Below are positions 54,447 to 64,000 of a stretch of 64,000 nucleotides of DNA, in pieces; the first letter of the stretch is position 1; each line of letters starts with the position of its first letter. The stretch covers positions 513,511 to 577,510 of the forward strand of contig JBAZSC010000001.1 in assembly GCA_041662665.1 (NCBI GenBank). Reading direction: 5' to 3'. This DNA is from Patescibacteria group bacterium. Its GTDB lineage: Bacteria; Patescibacteriota; JABMPQ01; JAQVVF01. The notes under the pieces are model-generated. The model searched no databases, had not been told where the DNA came from, and was given only the letters and a program-made list of their open reading frames with translations. The position numbers were made by a program, and so were the translations under genes.

Positions 54447-56993
54447 ATGTTTGATAAAATAAAAAACAACAAATTAATATCTATTTTCAAACGAGAAAGT
54501 GTTTTGGTTGTTGTATTCGCATTTATCGCAATTTTTTTATTTTTAAGTAGGGTATTGTTTAAAGAGGGTTTTCTGTCATTTTCGGATTATCTGCATTTTT
54601 TTAATCTTGAAAAATTAAACTTATTTTTTTCCGTCTGGAAAGAAGATAATAGCGGCTTTTTAGCAATTACGGAAAATATTTTATTATTACCGTTATTAAT
54701 TCCGATGTACTGCCTCAGTTTTTTTGTTCAGCCGATAGTTATAGATAAATTTATATCATTTATATCATTTTTTATCGTTATTTTATCAAGTTATTACTTC
54801 TGCAAAAGTTACATTAAAAAATATAGTATACTAGGAACCCTATTGATTGTGTTTTCTTTTTTCTTCATAGCCTCATTATCATTTGGTTGGACTCTTATTG
54901 GCTTCATACCATTCTCAGGCAGTATTCTGATGGTTGCTTTTTTTCATCGTTTTAACGAAACTAATCAAAAGAAATATTTGGTTTTTTCGATTATTAGTGC
55001 TTTGTATTCATTTGTTTTAATTCAATATTTTGCTTTGAGCTTGTTTTTTATCTTTACTGAATTACTATTTTACCAAAACAAGAAAAAAGTTATTAAAAAT
55101 ATTATCATTTTTTTAATTGCATCCATATTGATGAATGCTTATTTTATTATACCTTTTTTTATTAGTTCAAAACTTTATAAATTTAATCATTATAAATATG
55201 TTGACCCATTCGCATCAATAGAAATTGTAAAAAGGTCGAATTCTTTTTCCAAAACCCTAGCTTTCCAAAACAGCGGACCTGGAGGCAAAGATCTTTCCGC
55301 ATTTTTTTCATCTAACTATGTAAAAATTCCTTCTCTTATTCTATTAATAATGGTCTTATTGCTATTAATCAAAAAAAACAGACCAGACAAAACCAGTGCA
55401 TACAGTCTATTAATGGTGATATTTTTAACGCTTGGATTAGGAGGATATAGTATTATCTACGTCTTGCTTTTTAAATATTTTCCGATGTTCTTCATTTTTA
55501 GGGATGTTTTTAAATTTACTCCATTTGCACTATTGGCTTTTGTTGTTCTATTTTTGTTGCTTTTAAAAGATAATAAAAAAATTCCGATATATGTTATTGC
55601 AGGAGTTATGCTGTATCTGATCGTTGCATGTCCGTTGTTGACCGGAAATTTGATGGGCAATATTAAACCTTATGTTTTGCCAAATGAATATTACGATATT
55701 TCAGAAGATTTAAATTCAAAAAAAATAGAATCAAATGTTTTAATTTTTCCTTTCGCATACCTTTTTTCCGAATTTAGTTGGAATAAAGGATCATACCAAA
55801 TGGCAAATCCATTAAAAATGCTAATCATGAAGCCTGTCATTTTTGATGAATTTTTTAATAATAATTTGAATATTTTACAAAAGAAATATATTGAAAATTT
55901 TACTTTTGATAATAATTTTGATAATAAGTTTGCATCTTTAAATAGTGTAAAATATATCGTATTTCAAAAAGATCAGCTCAACACTTTTTCAAGAAATTAC
56001 AGTCTAACGCAAAAAAATATCAACAATTATTCCAACCCAAATTTTATCGAAGGTCAAAACACAAAATATCTCGAACTTTATACTCTAAAACAAACTCTGC
56101 CTATAATTTTTACGCCTCAAAAAATTTCTATCGAGCAAGGCGATTTTAAGCTTGCAAGCATAGATATTTTAAATACTGTTTACTATAAATCGCAAGAAGA
56201 TAATTCTATTCTAGAAAAAGTACAGAACTCTCTTTTGCAAAATTCGCAAAAACCGATTATAGAATTTAAGAAAATTAATACAACTAAATATAGAATCTTT
56301 CTTCATAATGTAAAAAATACAACACCTCTTGTTTATAATTCAACCTTTCATAATGGCTGGAAAATATATTTAACTAAAAACAATTCAAAAATTTTGCCAG
56401 AGAAGGAAAAAATAAATGAACTCTATAAAATTATTGAAAATAATGAACAGGAACAAGCAACAAAAGAAGAAGTAACTTCATATGTCAATAGCGGTTTGAT
56501 TACAGCAATAGGTGATCTTAAAGAAAAAGAGATTAAGCACAAAAAATGGTTCAAAGGCAGGACTAGTATAGATCATATTGAAAAATATAATATTGATTTT
56601 ATTTCAAAAAATAATAACGGAACAATTCAAAACAACAACTTAGATGATGGAAAATTATATGAAACGTGGTTCGCACTCAAAAAAAATGGAAATAACTTGT
56701 TTGGACTAAATAAAAATGTTGTTGAATTAGCAGACGTAAAACATTTGATCGCAAACGAATATGCAAACAGCTGGATTGTTGATCCTCAAGAGATTTGTAA
56801 AAATAATAATTTCTGTCGTAAAAATAGCGATGGAAGCTATGATCTCGAACTAGTAATTGAACTTTGGCCACAAAGATTATTTTATATTGGATTAATAATT
56901 ACAGTTGCAACCATTTTTGTACTATTTTGCTATTTAATTTTTATTTTATTCAAAAATAAATCAACCCAAAAAATTGCTCAAGGAACCAAATAA
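54447..56993 (+). CDS. Large polytopic membrane protein with extracytoplasmic C-terminal domain (YfhO/GT-C-like glycosyltransferase candidate)
   Basis: About 14 N-terminal TM helices, then a roughly 450-aa soluble domain and a terminal TM helix; 848 aa. Confidence 0.4.
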   Translation: MFDKIKNNKLISIFKRESVLVVVFAFIAIFLFLSRVLFKEGFLSFSDYLHFFNLEKLNLFFSVWKEDNSGFLAITENILLLPLLIPMYCLSFFVQPIVIDKFISFISFFIVILSSYYFCKSYIKKYSILGTLLIVFSFFFIASLSFGWTLIGFIPFSGSILMVAFFHRFNETNQKKYLVFSIISALYSFVLIQYFALSLFFIFTELLFYQNKKKVIKNIIIFLIASILMNAYFIIPFFISSKLYKFNHYKYVDPFASIEIVKRSNSFSKTLAFQNSGPGGKDLSAFFSSNYVKIPSLILLIMVLLLLIKKNRPDKTSAYSLLMVIFLTLGLGGYSIIYVLLFKYFPMFFIFRDVFKFTPFALLAFVVLFLLLLKDNKKIPIYVIAGVMLYLIVACPLLTGNLMGNIKPYVLPNEYYDISEDLNSKKIESNVLIFPFAYLFSEFSWNKGSYQMANPLKMLIMKPVIFDEFFNNNLNILQKKYIENFTFDNNFDNKFASLNSVKYIVFQKDQLNTFSRNYSLTQKNINNYSNPNFIEGQNTKYLELYTLKQTLPIIFTPQKISIEQGDFKLASIDILNTVYYKSQEDNSILEKVQNSLLQNSQKPIIEFKKINTTKYRIFLHNVKNTTPLVYNSTFHNGWKIYLTKNNSKILPEKEKINELYKIIENNEQEQATKEEVTSYVNSGLITAIGDLKEKEIKHKKWFKGRTSIDHIEKYNIDFISKNNNGTIQNNNLDDGKLYETWFALKKNGNNLFGLNKNVVELADVKHLIANEYANSWIVDPQEICKNNNFCRKNSDGSYDLELVIELWPQRLFYIGLIITVATIFVLFCYLIFILFKNKSTQKIAQGTK

Positions 56994-58704
56994 TAACGTA
57001 AAAAAAATAGGTATAATAGAAATCTGTATATTCTTTCTCTTTATAATTATAAGTATCTTTTTTTATCCTGCAATCTTACATCCTAATACCCAAATTTCAG
57101 GTCAAGGCGGGGGAGATGATTATGGGACAATATATAATTTTTGGTGGAATAAATATTCAAAAGATAATAATCTAAATCTTTATAATAATCAGCTTTTGAA
57201 TTATCCATATGGAAATAATTTTTATCAAAATCTTCAACCTTTTTGGAATTTTATAATTAATAATATTCTACTAAATTTTTGTTCTGATATTTGTAGCTAT
57301 AACATTATAAATTGGATAAGTTTTCCATTGTCAGCAATCGCTATGTACTTTCTTGCTTTTTATTTAACTAAAAACAGATTTATCAGTCTATTAGCTGGTT
57401 TAATGTACGCTTTTACACCATATCATTTTATACGAACAACAGGGCACATTTTTTTAGCTCAAATTGAATGGATTCCATTATATGTATTATATCTTTTGAA
57501 AACATTTAATAATCCAAACTATAAAAATTCAATCTTAGCTGGATCTTTTTTGGCGTTAGTATTTTTATCAGATCCTTATTATGCTTTATTTGTAGTTTTT
57601 TTTACAATCATGTTTTGGATTATAAAACTATTTTTTGGTTATAAACAAGCAGTGCTTAAATATTTTTTTATAATAACTGTTCTTGCATTTTCTTTATCTG
57701 CAATCTTTTATTTACCAGCATATTTTCAATCAAAGAAAACTTCAAATCTCGTTGCACCTCGCGCTACAGAAGAATTATATAGATGGGGATTGAATCAAGT
57801 AAAATATTATTTTATTCCATCTCAGTATAACTATTTGCTTGGTAATTTTTGGAATAAAATTTTTTATAAAAACCAAGGCATGCCAGATTTTGAGTGGCTA
57901 GTTTATCTGGGTATACCAGCGATAATTTTTGCAATTTATTGTCTATACCAATGCTTTAAAGGTAAATTTGAAAAAGATAAAAAATCGATTATTGTAATTT
58001 TTTTAGCTTTAGCTATTTTTAGTATTATATTCTCTCTAAGACCACCACTTTCGCCAACTCTTTGGATTCACAAGATCTTGCCAGTCTTTCGAGTTTATTC
58101 TAGAATGTTTGTCTTCGTTGATCTTTCTATTATCATACTTGCAATTTATGGATTACAGTATTTCCTAAATGTTCTAGCAAATAACAAGTTTCTAGCCAAG
58201 CATTTTTCAAGTTCTCAAATAAAAATATTTATTCTCGCTTTTATATTTTTGATTATATCAGTCGATTTTTTACCTTCTTTTGAAACAAAAAATATTGGTA
58301 ATGTTCCAGAAGAATATTTATGGTTAAAAAACCAGCCCCAAAATACTGTTATTGCAGAATATCCATATACGAATCGCAACTTCACACCAACGCAAACATA
58401 TATGTTTTGGCAAAGAATTCACCAACACCCAATTATAAATGGACAACCAGAACCGGATCCAACAGGAAAAGAAAGAATTCGATTACAAATATTTGATATT
58501 ACGAATAATTCAACTCCAATCGCTCTAAAGAAAATGGGTGCAAAATACATTTTTCTGCATAAAGACTATTATAATAAACCTGATCTTAAAGATAATCCTG
58601 TTTTGCCAGAAAAAATACTTAATATTACTGATTTTGAAAATATTAATCCAAATCTAAAATTAGTTAACGTTATCAATCAAACATACATTTATGAAATAAA
58701 ATAG
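56974..58704 (+). CDS. Polytopic membrane protein (GT-C-like candidate)
   Basis: About 12 TM helices plus a C-terminal soluble region; 576 aa. Confidence 0.4.
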   Translation: MLKEPNNNVKKIGIIEICIFFLFIIISIFFYPAILHPNTQISGQGGGDDYGTIYNFWWNKYSKDNNLNLYNNQLLNYPYGNNFYQNLQPFWNFIINNILLNFCSDICSYNIINWISFPLSAIAMYFLAFYLTKNRFISLLAGLMYAFTPYHFIRTTGHIFLAQIEWIPLYVLYLLKTFNNPNYKNSILAGSFLALVFLSDPYYALFVVFFTIMFWIIKLFFGYKQAVLKYFFIITVLAFSLSAIFYLPAYFQSKKTSNLVAPRATEELYRWGLNQVKYYFIPSQYNYLLGNFWNKIFYKNQGMPDFEWLVYLGIPAIIFAIYCLYQCFKGKFEKDKKSIIVIFLALAIFSIIFSLRPPLSPTLWIHKILPVFRVYSRMFVFVDLSIIILAIYGLQYFLNVLANNKFLAKHFSSSQIKIFILAFIFLIISVDFLPSFETKNIGNVPEEYLWLKNQPQNTVIAEYPYTNRNFTPTQTYMFWQRIHQHPIINGQPEPDPTGKERIRLQIFDITNNSTPIALKKMGAKYIFLHKDYYNKPDLKDNPVLPEKILNITDFENINPNLKLVNVINQTYIYEIK

Positions 58705-58741
58705 CTTTGTATTTTTAATTACTTTTTGATAAAATGTCAAT

Positions 58742-59350
58742 ATGATAGCAGTTCGTAAAATTATCTTTGTTTTCACATTAATTTTAATACCCATTTTTTT
58801 CACCCTAATTATTTTGAGGTTGCTTTTTAATACCCAGTTTAATTATTACTCATACTTAGATTATTCAATTCTTTTGGCAATTATATTAGATGTTATAATT
58901 TTGAATCGCGTATCCAGCAAAAATGGATTTAAAAGAGAAAAATCTATGCTGATTTTTTTAATTAGTTTCTTAAGCATTGATTTAATTTGGCTGATAGAAA
59001 AAAGAATTACTATCCCAATAAGTGTTTATCAAGAATCTATGCTATTTCCATTTAGAATTATCGCCTTTTTGATTCTTATTGGTGTATTTTTTTTAGCACT
59101 CAACAAACAGCCACTTGGAATTAAGTTAAAAATACTACTTCTCAAATTAATAGATCCGCGTTCGATCATTTTTCTTGCAATTATCTTTTTATCAATATGT
59201 TGTTTTTTTCTTTTTTTCAAAGCTGATCCAATTGCAGAAAAAGCTGCAAACGTCGCTTATTTATTGCTTGTCATTGGAGCAATTGGTTTATTCATACAGT
59301 ATTTAATCAATTTGAGAAGAGAAAGAAAAAATAAGTTGCCAAAAATATGA
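58742..59350 (+). CDS. Small integral membrane protein (about 6 TM)
   Basis: Hydrophobicity only. Confidence 0.4.
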   Translation: MIAVRKIIFVFTLILIPIFFTLIILRLLFNTQFNYYSYLDYSILLAIILDVIILNRVSSKNGFKREKSMLIFLISFLSIDLIWLIEKRITIPISVYQESMLFPFRIIAFLILIGVFFLALNKQPLGIKLKILLLKLIDPRSIIFLAIIFLSICCFFLFFKADPIAEKAANVAYLLLVIGAIGLFIQYLINLRRERKNKLPKI

Positions 59351-62300
59351 ATAATATCCTAACATTTTTTAAAACAAAGCAAAAACTAAAAATTTTTGTT
59401 ATCTATTTTATTTTTGGAATAATAGTTACGCTTCCGGCAATTTTTTTAATACCAAGTCATCTTGCGATTGACCCTAGCTTATCAGCTGAAAATGCACGAT
59501 ATTTTGATCTAATTAATAATTTTGACAATAAATTCACTAATCGATCAGTCATGACTGTTATATTTGAAATTTTTAATCCTTTATTTTTAGGATATCTTTT
59601 ACATTTAGTGCTTTTCGAACCATTGGCATTTAATATTTTTTGGCTATTATTCTTTCCATTTGGAGCTTTTGGCGGTTTTTTACTTCTCGAAAAAATATTT
59701 AAAAAAGAAATTAATATCTTAAGTATCATTTTTGGTGGAATAATATTTGGGTTGCTCTCCTTGATTTTTTTTCCAGTAGTCTTAGTCCTTTATTTCATTT
59801 TCTTTCTCTTAAAATTTCTTGATAACCCAAGTCCAATCTCTGCATTACTTACTTTACTCTCTTATATTTTTATTGTTGGTTTTAATCTATTTTTTGCGAT
59901 TTGTACGCTTCTATTAACGATTATAATTATTACTTTTAGACTTGTGCCAGTTTTCAAAGATCTTCTTAAGAAGGAAAATATCTATAACCTATACAAAATT
60001 GCAATTTTATTTTTAATGCTCATATTTATTTTTGGATTAAAATATTATTTCTTATTTCATAAAATCGAACCGTTCGGACTAGAAAATCAGTATTTCCTAT
60101 ATAATTCTTTTTCTTTAACTGATGCTTTTAAAAACGTTATTCCTTTTTTTCAAAGCTTTGCTATTATATCAATCGTCGGAATAGCCGTATTGTTATTAAT
60201 AATTTTGTTATTAGTATCATCTTCTTTTACCTTCAAAAAAAATAGGTGGGTAGCCCTTTCATTTTTCCTTTCAATTCTTTTCTTTGTTTTTTCATTAGGA
60301 CCATATCTAAAAACCAGCGGTCAGATTTTCGATACACAAATTCCATTACCTTATATATTTCTGTATCGCTTTTTTCCATATTTCAATCAAACAGTTGATT
60401 TGCGAGAATTTCTTATTTTTGCACTTATATTTTTTATAATCGTTTTGACAGCAGGGTTAAACTATTTTTTCCTAAAATTTAAACTTAATCCAAATAGAAG
60501 CATATTAATTACGAGCATTTTAGTTGCACTTATTTTTACACTTAGTTGGATTGCTTGGAAACCAAGTGAGAAAATTCCAGAATTTTACAAAAAGTTATCA
60601 CCGAATGAAGTTATGGTTTATCTAACTTTTTTATCGAAACAACCATCTTCATTTCTCTACAATAAATCAGATACTAAAAATAATGTAATTCTAAATCAAA
60701 GTTTGTTTTTTGAAAATAGAAAAAATATTGACCTCGATCCAATAGTAAACAATTTAACCGGCAAAAGCGATCAAATTTATTTTATAAAAGAAGATTCTGA
60801 TCAAATTATTAATTATTTTAGAGATAAAAATGTCAAATATCTAGTAATAGATTCACAATTACTAGAAAAACAGAGAGAAAATTCCGATGGTATCATCAAT
60901 TTCAGAAAAATAGTTAATTTTGTAAAAAATAATGCAGTCGGAACAGGACAATTAGTAGGCGATAAACTAATCTACAGAATAAGTAATAAAAATACACCAA
61001 ATAATTTAATCGTTTACCAAGGAAAGAATTGGTCGTTACCAGATTTTGATCCAACTATTTTCGCAACAAATGGTATAAAAACATTTAATAAAGAGAGGTG
61101 GATGTTAAACGATTCTACTTTTATTATTCAAAATATTTCTACTCAAACAACAGACGCTGAGTTATACTTTGAAGCGAAAACAGAAGCTGAACTAAGAAAT
61201 ATTTATGTAACGTTAAACAATGAAAATGTAGATAAGCTAATTATTAGCCCAAACAAAAAAGCATTCGTTATCATTTTGCACAATTTAAAACAAGGAAAAA
61301 ACATAATTCAATTCCACGTTAAAAAATATTCAGGTGATGAGATTGAAAATATAGATGAATCGAATAAGATAAGAGAATCTGTTCAATTTAACAATGTAAG
61401 AATTAAACAATTCAATGAATCTTCTGTTCTTGATTTTTCAAAAGAACTTGAGCTTGGTGATAATTCAAAGATTATGATGTATCCTGAAATTAACGAATTG
61501 AATAATAAAAACGGTTTCGTTAATGAGTCTGATTTTATTAATGCAAAAGAAATTATTGAAAAACCATCAGTGATTAGCAATATATATTTTAATGATCTGT
61601 TTATACAACCCAATATAAATATTTTAGATAAAAATTATTATTATAAAACTGGACAAGATGCCATTAATAAGTATAATGTAAGATACATTGGAATCTACAA
61701 GAAATGGCTTTCAAAAACAGATTTTACAAATTTAGTGAAATTTATTATTAGTAATACTGGCATAGAAGATATTCAAATTAATAATGATGAACTTATTGTT
61801 TTCAAACTTAAAAATCCGGATAATGATCTGCAACCACTGATTGAATTTGTTAGCAATTGGGATTTAAATTATTGGAACCCGCAACTTAATAATTATTTTA
61901 ATCTAGCGTATAGCGATTCAAAAATAAGCATTATAAATTCTTACGACGCGCCCAGAGACATAAATTTTTCTTTTAAAATTAATGAGACTAATCAAAATCG
62001 GAAATTAAAGATTTATCTCAATGAAGATTGGACGAATGAACAGGAATTGTTTATTATTGATACAAAAAACGACAAAGATAACAATATAGTTTTAAAAAAT
62101 TTAAAACCTGGCAATAACGAAATTACCTTCAAGCTTTTTGATGAAAATAATAATGAAATTTTTAAGGAAAATAATAGTATAGGCACAGCAATATCAAAAT
62201 TTAAAGCTGAAATTGTTGAAATGCCAATTAACGAAGATTTATCGAATAATGAATATTGCGATGCGCTTTCTTCAAGTAAAATAATTAATTTAATTCAAGA

Positions 62301-62856
62301 TAACTTTGAAGATGAAAAACAATCACGAGAAAAATGGCAATTCAGCCCATCAACAATATTTTCACAAAAGGAAAAAATTGAAGGTAAGCAATCAATAAAA
62401 TTTAACAATGAGACAGGTGAATCTACAGGAGAAATAAAATTTGATAATTGCCCAGAAAAAATAACAACCACCTTTATGATTAATCCTAAAAAATTTATTC
62501 CTGGAGCAGATTTATCAATTACATTCACTGATAATAATCCTTATAGTATAACTAATTTTCAGCCATCTAGTCCAAATCGTCTTGTTTTTCTGTCTACAAC
62601 AAAAGCGCTATATCTCTCAAAGGATGGAAAAATATACGAATTCAAGCATAACCTACCTTTGAATGAATGGTCAGAAATTAAATTAGTTTGGACAAAAGAG
62701 GGTAAGCTAGAGTTCTATGAAAATAATGAATTAGTTTTATCCAAAGATGACTATGGCAATAAAACTCCAGTTGGCTTTAAAATTGCACCTGGAGGAGTAA
62801 AACCAAAAGAAAATCTCGATATCTATTTTGATGATTTTAAGCTAAATTTTGAATGA
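59347..62856 (+). CDS. Giant polytopic membrane protein (1169 aa) with large extracytoplasmic C-terminal domain (GT-C/YfhO-like candidate)
   Basis: About 15 TM helices followed by a roughly 750-aa soluble domain with a LamG/jelly-roll-like C-terminus. Confidence 0.4.
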   Translation: MNNILTFFKTKQKLKIFVIYFIFGIIVTLPAIFLIPSHLAIDPSLSAENARYFDLINNFDNKFTNRSVMTVIFEIFNPLFLGYLLHLVLFEPLAFNIFWLLFFPFGAFGGFLLLEKIFKKEINILSIIFGGIIFGLLSLIFFPVVLVLYFIFFLLKFLDNPSPISALLTLLSYIFIVGFNLFFAICTLLLTIIIITFRLVPVFKDLLKKENIYNLYKIAILFLMLIFIFGLKYYFLFHKIEPFGLENQYFLYNSFSLTDAFKNVIPFFQSFAIISIVGIAVLLLIILLLVSSSFTFKKNRWVALSFFLSILFFVFSLGPYLKTSGQIFDTQIPLPYIFLYRFFPYFNQTVDLREFLIFALIFFIIVLTAGLNYFFLKFKLNPNRSILITSILVALIFTLSWIAWKPSEKIPEFYKKLSPNEVMVYLTFLSKQPSSFLYNKSDTKNNVILNQSLFFENRKNIDLDPIVNNLTGKSDQIYFIKEDSDQIINYFRDKNVKYLVIDSQLLEKQRENSDGIINFRKIVNFVKNNAVGTGQLVGDKLIYRISNKNTPNNLIVYQGKNWSLPDFDPTIFATNGIKTFNKERWMLNDSTFIIQNISTQTTDAELYFEAKTEAELRNIYVTLNNENVDKLIISPNKKAFVIILHNLKQGKNIIQFHVKKYSGDEIENIDESNKIRESVQFNNVRIKQFNESSVLDFSKELELGDNSKIMMYPEINELNNKNGFVNESDFINAKEIIEKPSVISNIYFNDLFIQPNINILDKNYYYKTGQDAINKYNVRYIGIYKKWLSKTDFTNLVKFIISNTGIEDIQINNDELIVFKLKNPDNDLQPLIEFVSNWDLNYWNPQLNNYFNLAYSDSKISIINSYDAPRDINFSFKINETNQNRKLKIYLNEDWTNEQELFIIDTKNDKDNNIVLKNLKPGNNEITFKLFDENNNEIFKENNSIGTAISKFKAEIVEMPINEDLSNNEYCDALSSSKIINLIQDNFEDEKQSREKWQFSPSTIFSQKEKIEGKQSIKFNNETGESTGEIKFDNCPEKITTTFMINPKKFIPGADLSITFTDNNPYSITNFQPSSPNRLVFLSTTKALYLSKDGKIYEFKHNLPLNEWSEIKLVWTKEGKLEFYENNELVLSKDDYGNKTPVGFKIAPGGVKPKENLDIYFDDFKLNFE

Positions 62857-63785
62857 CACAGGCAAATAATATTACAACAAAAAAAATAACAATAGTTATA
62901 CCTTGCTATAATGAAGAAAAAACAATTAGCAAGGTTATTAATGATTTTAAAAAAGAATTGCCAAATGTGGAAATAATAGTTATAGACAATAATTCTAATG
63001 ACAATTCTGTTAAATTGGCAAAAGAGAGTAATGCAATCGTGATGACTGAAGAAAAACAAGGCAAGGGCTATGTTGTTCAAAAAATGTTTGATGAAATCGA
63101 CTCTGATATTTATATTATGGTTGATGGAGATGATACATATTTTGCTGACGATGTACACAAGCTGTTACAACCTGTATTTGATGGGAAAATTGATATGAGT
63201 GTTGGCACAAGGCTGGAACAAGCTACAAAAAAAACACTTCGGCCGTTGCACCAATTTGGCAATAGAGTTATCTTGGAAATTATAAATATTTTTTTTAGAT
63301 GTAATTTTAAAGACATACTTTCAGGTTATCGTGTAATGAATAAAAAATTTGTTAAGAATATCCCAATCCTCGCTAATGGATTTGAGGTCGAAACAGTATT
63401 AACATTACAAGCATTAGAAAAAAACTTAAGTATTAAAGAAATTCCAATAAAGTACAAGGAGAGACCAGAAGGAAGTCACTCTAAACTTAAATCTTTTAGA
63501 GACGGATCTAAAATTCTGTATACAATATTATCGATTTTGCGCGATTATCGACCAATGACTTTTTTTCCATTACTCGCAGGAATTATGATTTTTATAGGCT
63601 TTATAATTGGCGTTGTAATAATTATTGAATATTATCAAACTGGATTTGTTTCAAGACTGCCTTCAGCTGTTTTATCAGTTTCTCTGATAATTTTAGGAGC
63701 AATAACTTTTATTACTGGCTTGGTTGTTGATACTATCAATCGAAGATTCAAAGAGCTTCAGCAACTTAATCAAAGAAGCAAATGA
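62853..63785 (+). CDS. GT2 polyprenyl-phosphate sugar transferase (GtrB/ArnC-like)
   Basis: ITIVIPCYNEEKTI...DGDDTY; two C-terminal TM helices. Confidence 0.75.
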   Translation: MTQANNITTKKITIVIPCYNEEKTISKVINDFKKELPNVEIIVIDNNSNDNSVKLAKESNAIVMTEEKQGKGYVVQKMFDEIDSDIYIMVDGDDTYFADDVHKLLQPVFDGKIDMSVGTRLEQATKKTLRPLHQFGNRVILEIINIFFRCNFKDILSGYRVMNKKFVKNIPILANGFEVETVLTLQALEKNLSIKEIPIKYKERPEGSHSKLKSFRDGSKILYTILSILRDYRPMTFFPLLAGIMIFIGFIIGVVIIIEYYQTGFVSRLPSAVLSVSLIILGAITFITGLVVDTINRRFKELQQLNQRSK

Positions 63786-64000
63786 AAATAGTTTTTGTTT
63801 CAGATTCAATCTATCCATATTTTAAAGGTGGCAAGGAAAAAAGAATTTACGAAGTGACAACAAGATTAGTGACGCTTGGACACGAAGTCCATATTTTTAC
63901 GATGAAATGGTGGCAAGGGGATAGTGTAATAAAAAAAGATAACATTACCTTACATGGGATTTCAAAGCTTTATCAGCTGTATAATAAAAAGAATAAAAGA
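63782..64000 (+). CDS. Glycosyltransferase family 4, N-terminal part (partial, runs off the window end)
   Basis: MKIVFVSDSIYPYFKGGKEKRIYEV... GT4 N-domain motif. Confidence 0.55.
   Translation, partial: MKIVFVSDSIYPYFKGGKEKRIYEVTTRLVTLGHEVHIFTMKWWQGDSVIKKDNITLHGISKLYQLYNKKNKR

Noticed and set aside
1-64000. CRISPR arrays, rRNA genes, integrase/transposase/recombinase genes, toxin-antitoxin or known defence-system genes.
   Set aside because: Looked for on both strands. No repeat-spacer arrays, no rRNA-like conserved stretches, and no ORF with recombinase or nuclease hallmark motifs were seen. The repeats present are palindromic REP-like elements, promoter direct repeats and in-gene tandem repeats.

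Overview
This 64-kb window comes from a very AT-rich bacterium (about 28-32% GC by eye). It has bacterial-type MetK, sigma70-like TTGACA/TATAAT promoters and tRNAs that encode their CCA. The gene content (glycosyltransferases, nucleotide-sugar enzymes, giant multi-TM proteins) would fit a CPR/Patescibacteria-like or other small low-GC genome, but I cannot assign a lineage from the sequence. No rRNA, CRISPR array, integrase or transposase gene was seen.

Three blocks make up the window:
- **Envelope glycan cluster (4.8-23 kb, continued at 33.9-64 kb).** It carries rmlABCD, a WbuC cupin, HIT, two Nudix, HD, a GalE-like epimerase, metK, Ugd and UDP-xylose synthase, a Wzx-like flippase and a Wzy/O-antigen-ligase-like protein. 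It also has many GT2/GT4 glycosyltransferases, two GtrB/ArnC-like polyprenyl-phosphate sugar transferases, two B12-binding radical-SAM enzymes, five SAM methyltransferases and three giant YfhO/GT-C-like membrane proteins.
- **Secreted-protein island (23.9-33.8 kb).** GC is elevated (about 40-50%) and every gene has a strong GGAGG Shine-Dalgarno. Genes include a 985-aa protein with 11 MopE/thrombospondin-3-like CDGxDNDCDGxTDE repeats plus a LamG domain, an S8 subtilase lipoprotein, other lipoproteins, a beta-helix-like repeat protein and a coiled-coil protein with perfect 45-bp tandem repeats.
- **GC-rich island and tRNA cassette (0.47-3.4 kb).** A roughly 60% GC, 1.9-kb segment encoding two secreted proteins sits directly beside a tRNA-Lys(UUU)/tRNA-Leu(UAA) operon. 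That operon is flanked by 153-bp inverted repeats built from a palindromic 12-mer. The first GC-rich gene is a clear homolog of the AT-rich gene on the other side of the cassette.

Several families of small repeated cis-elements recur across the window. The most unusual is a GC-rich REP/RPE-like hairpin family, one copy of which is inserted in frame inside ugd. Others are a conserved promoter/operator module before three sugar genes, a 29-bp perfect palindrome found twice, and 10-bp-periodic direct-repeat arrays.
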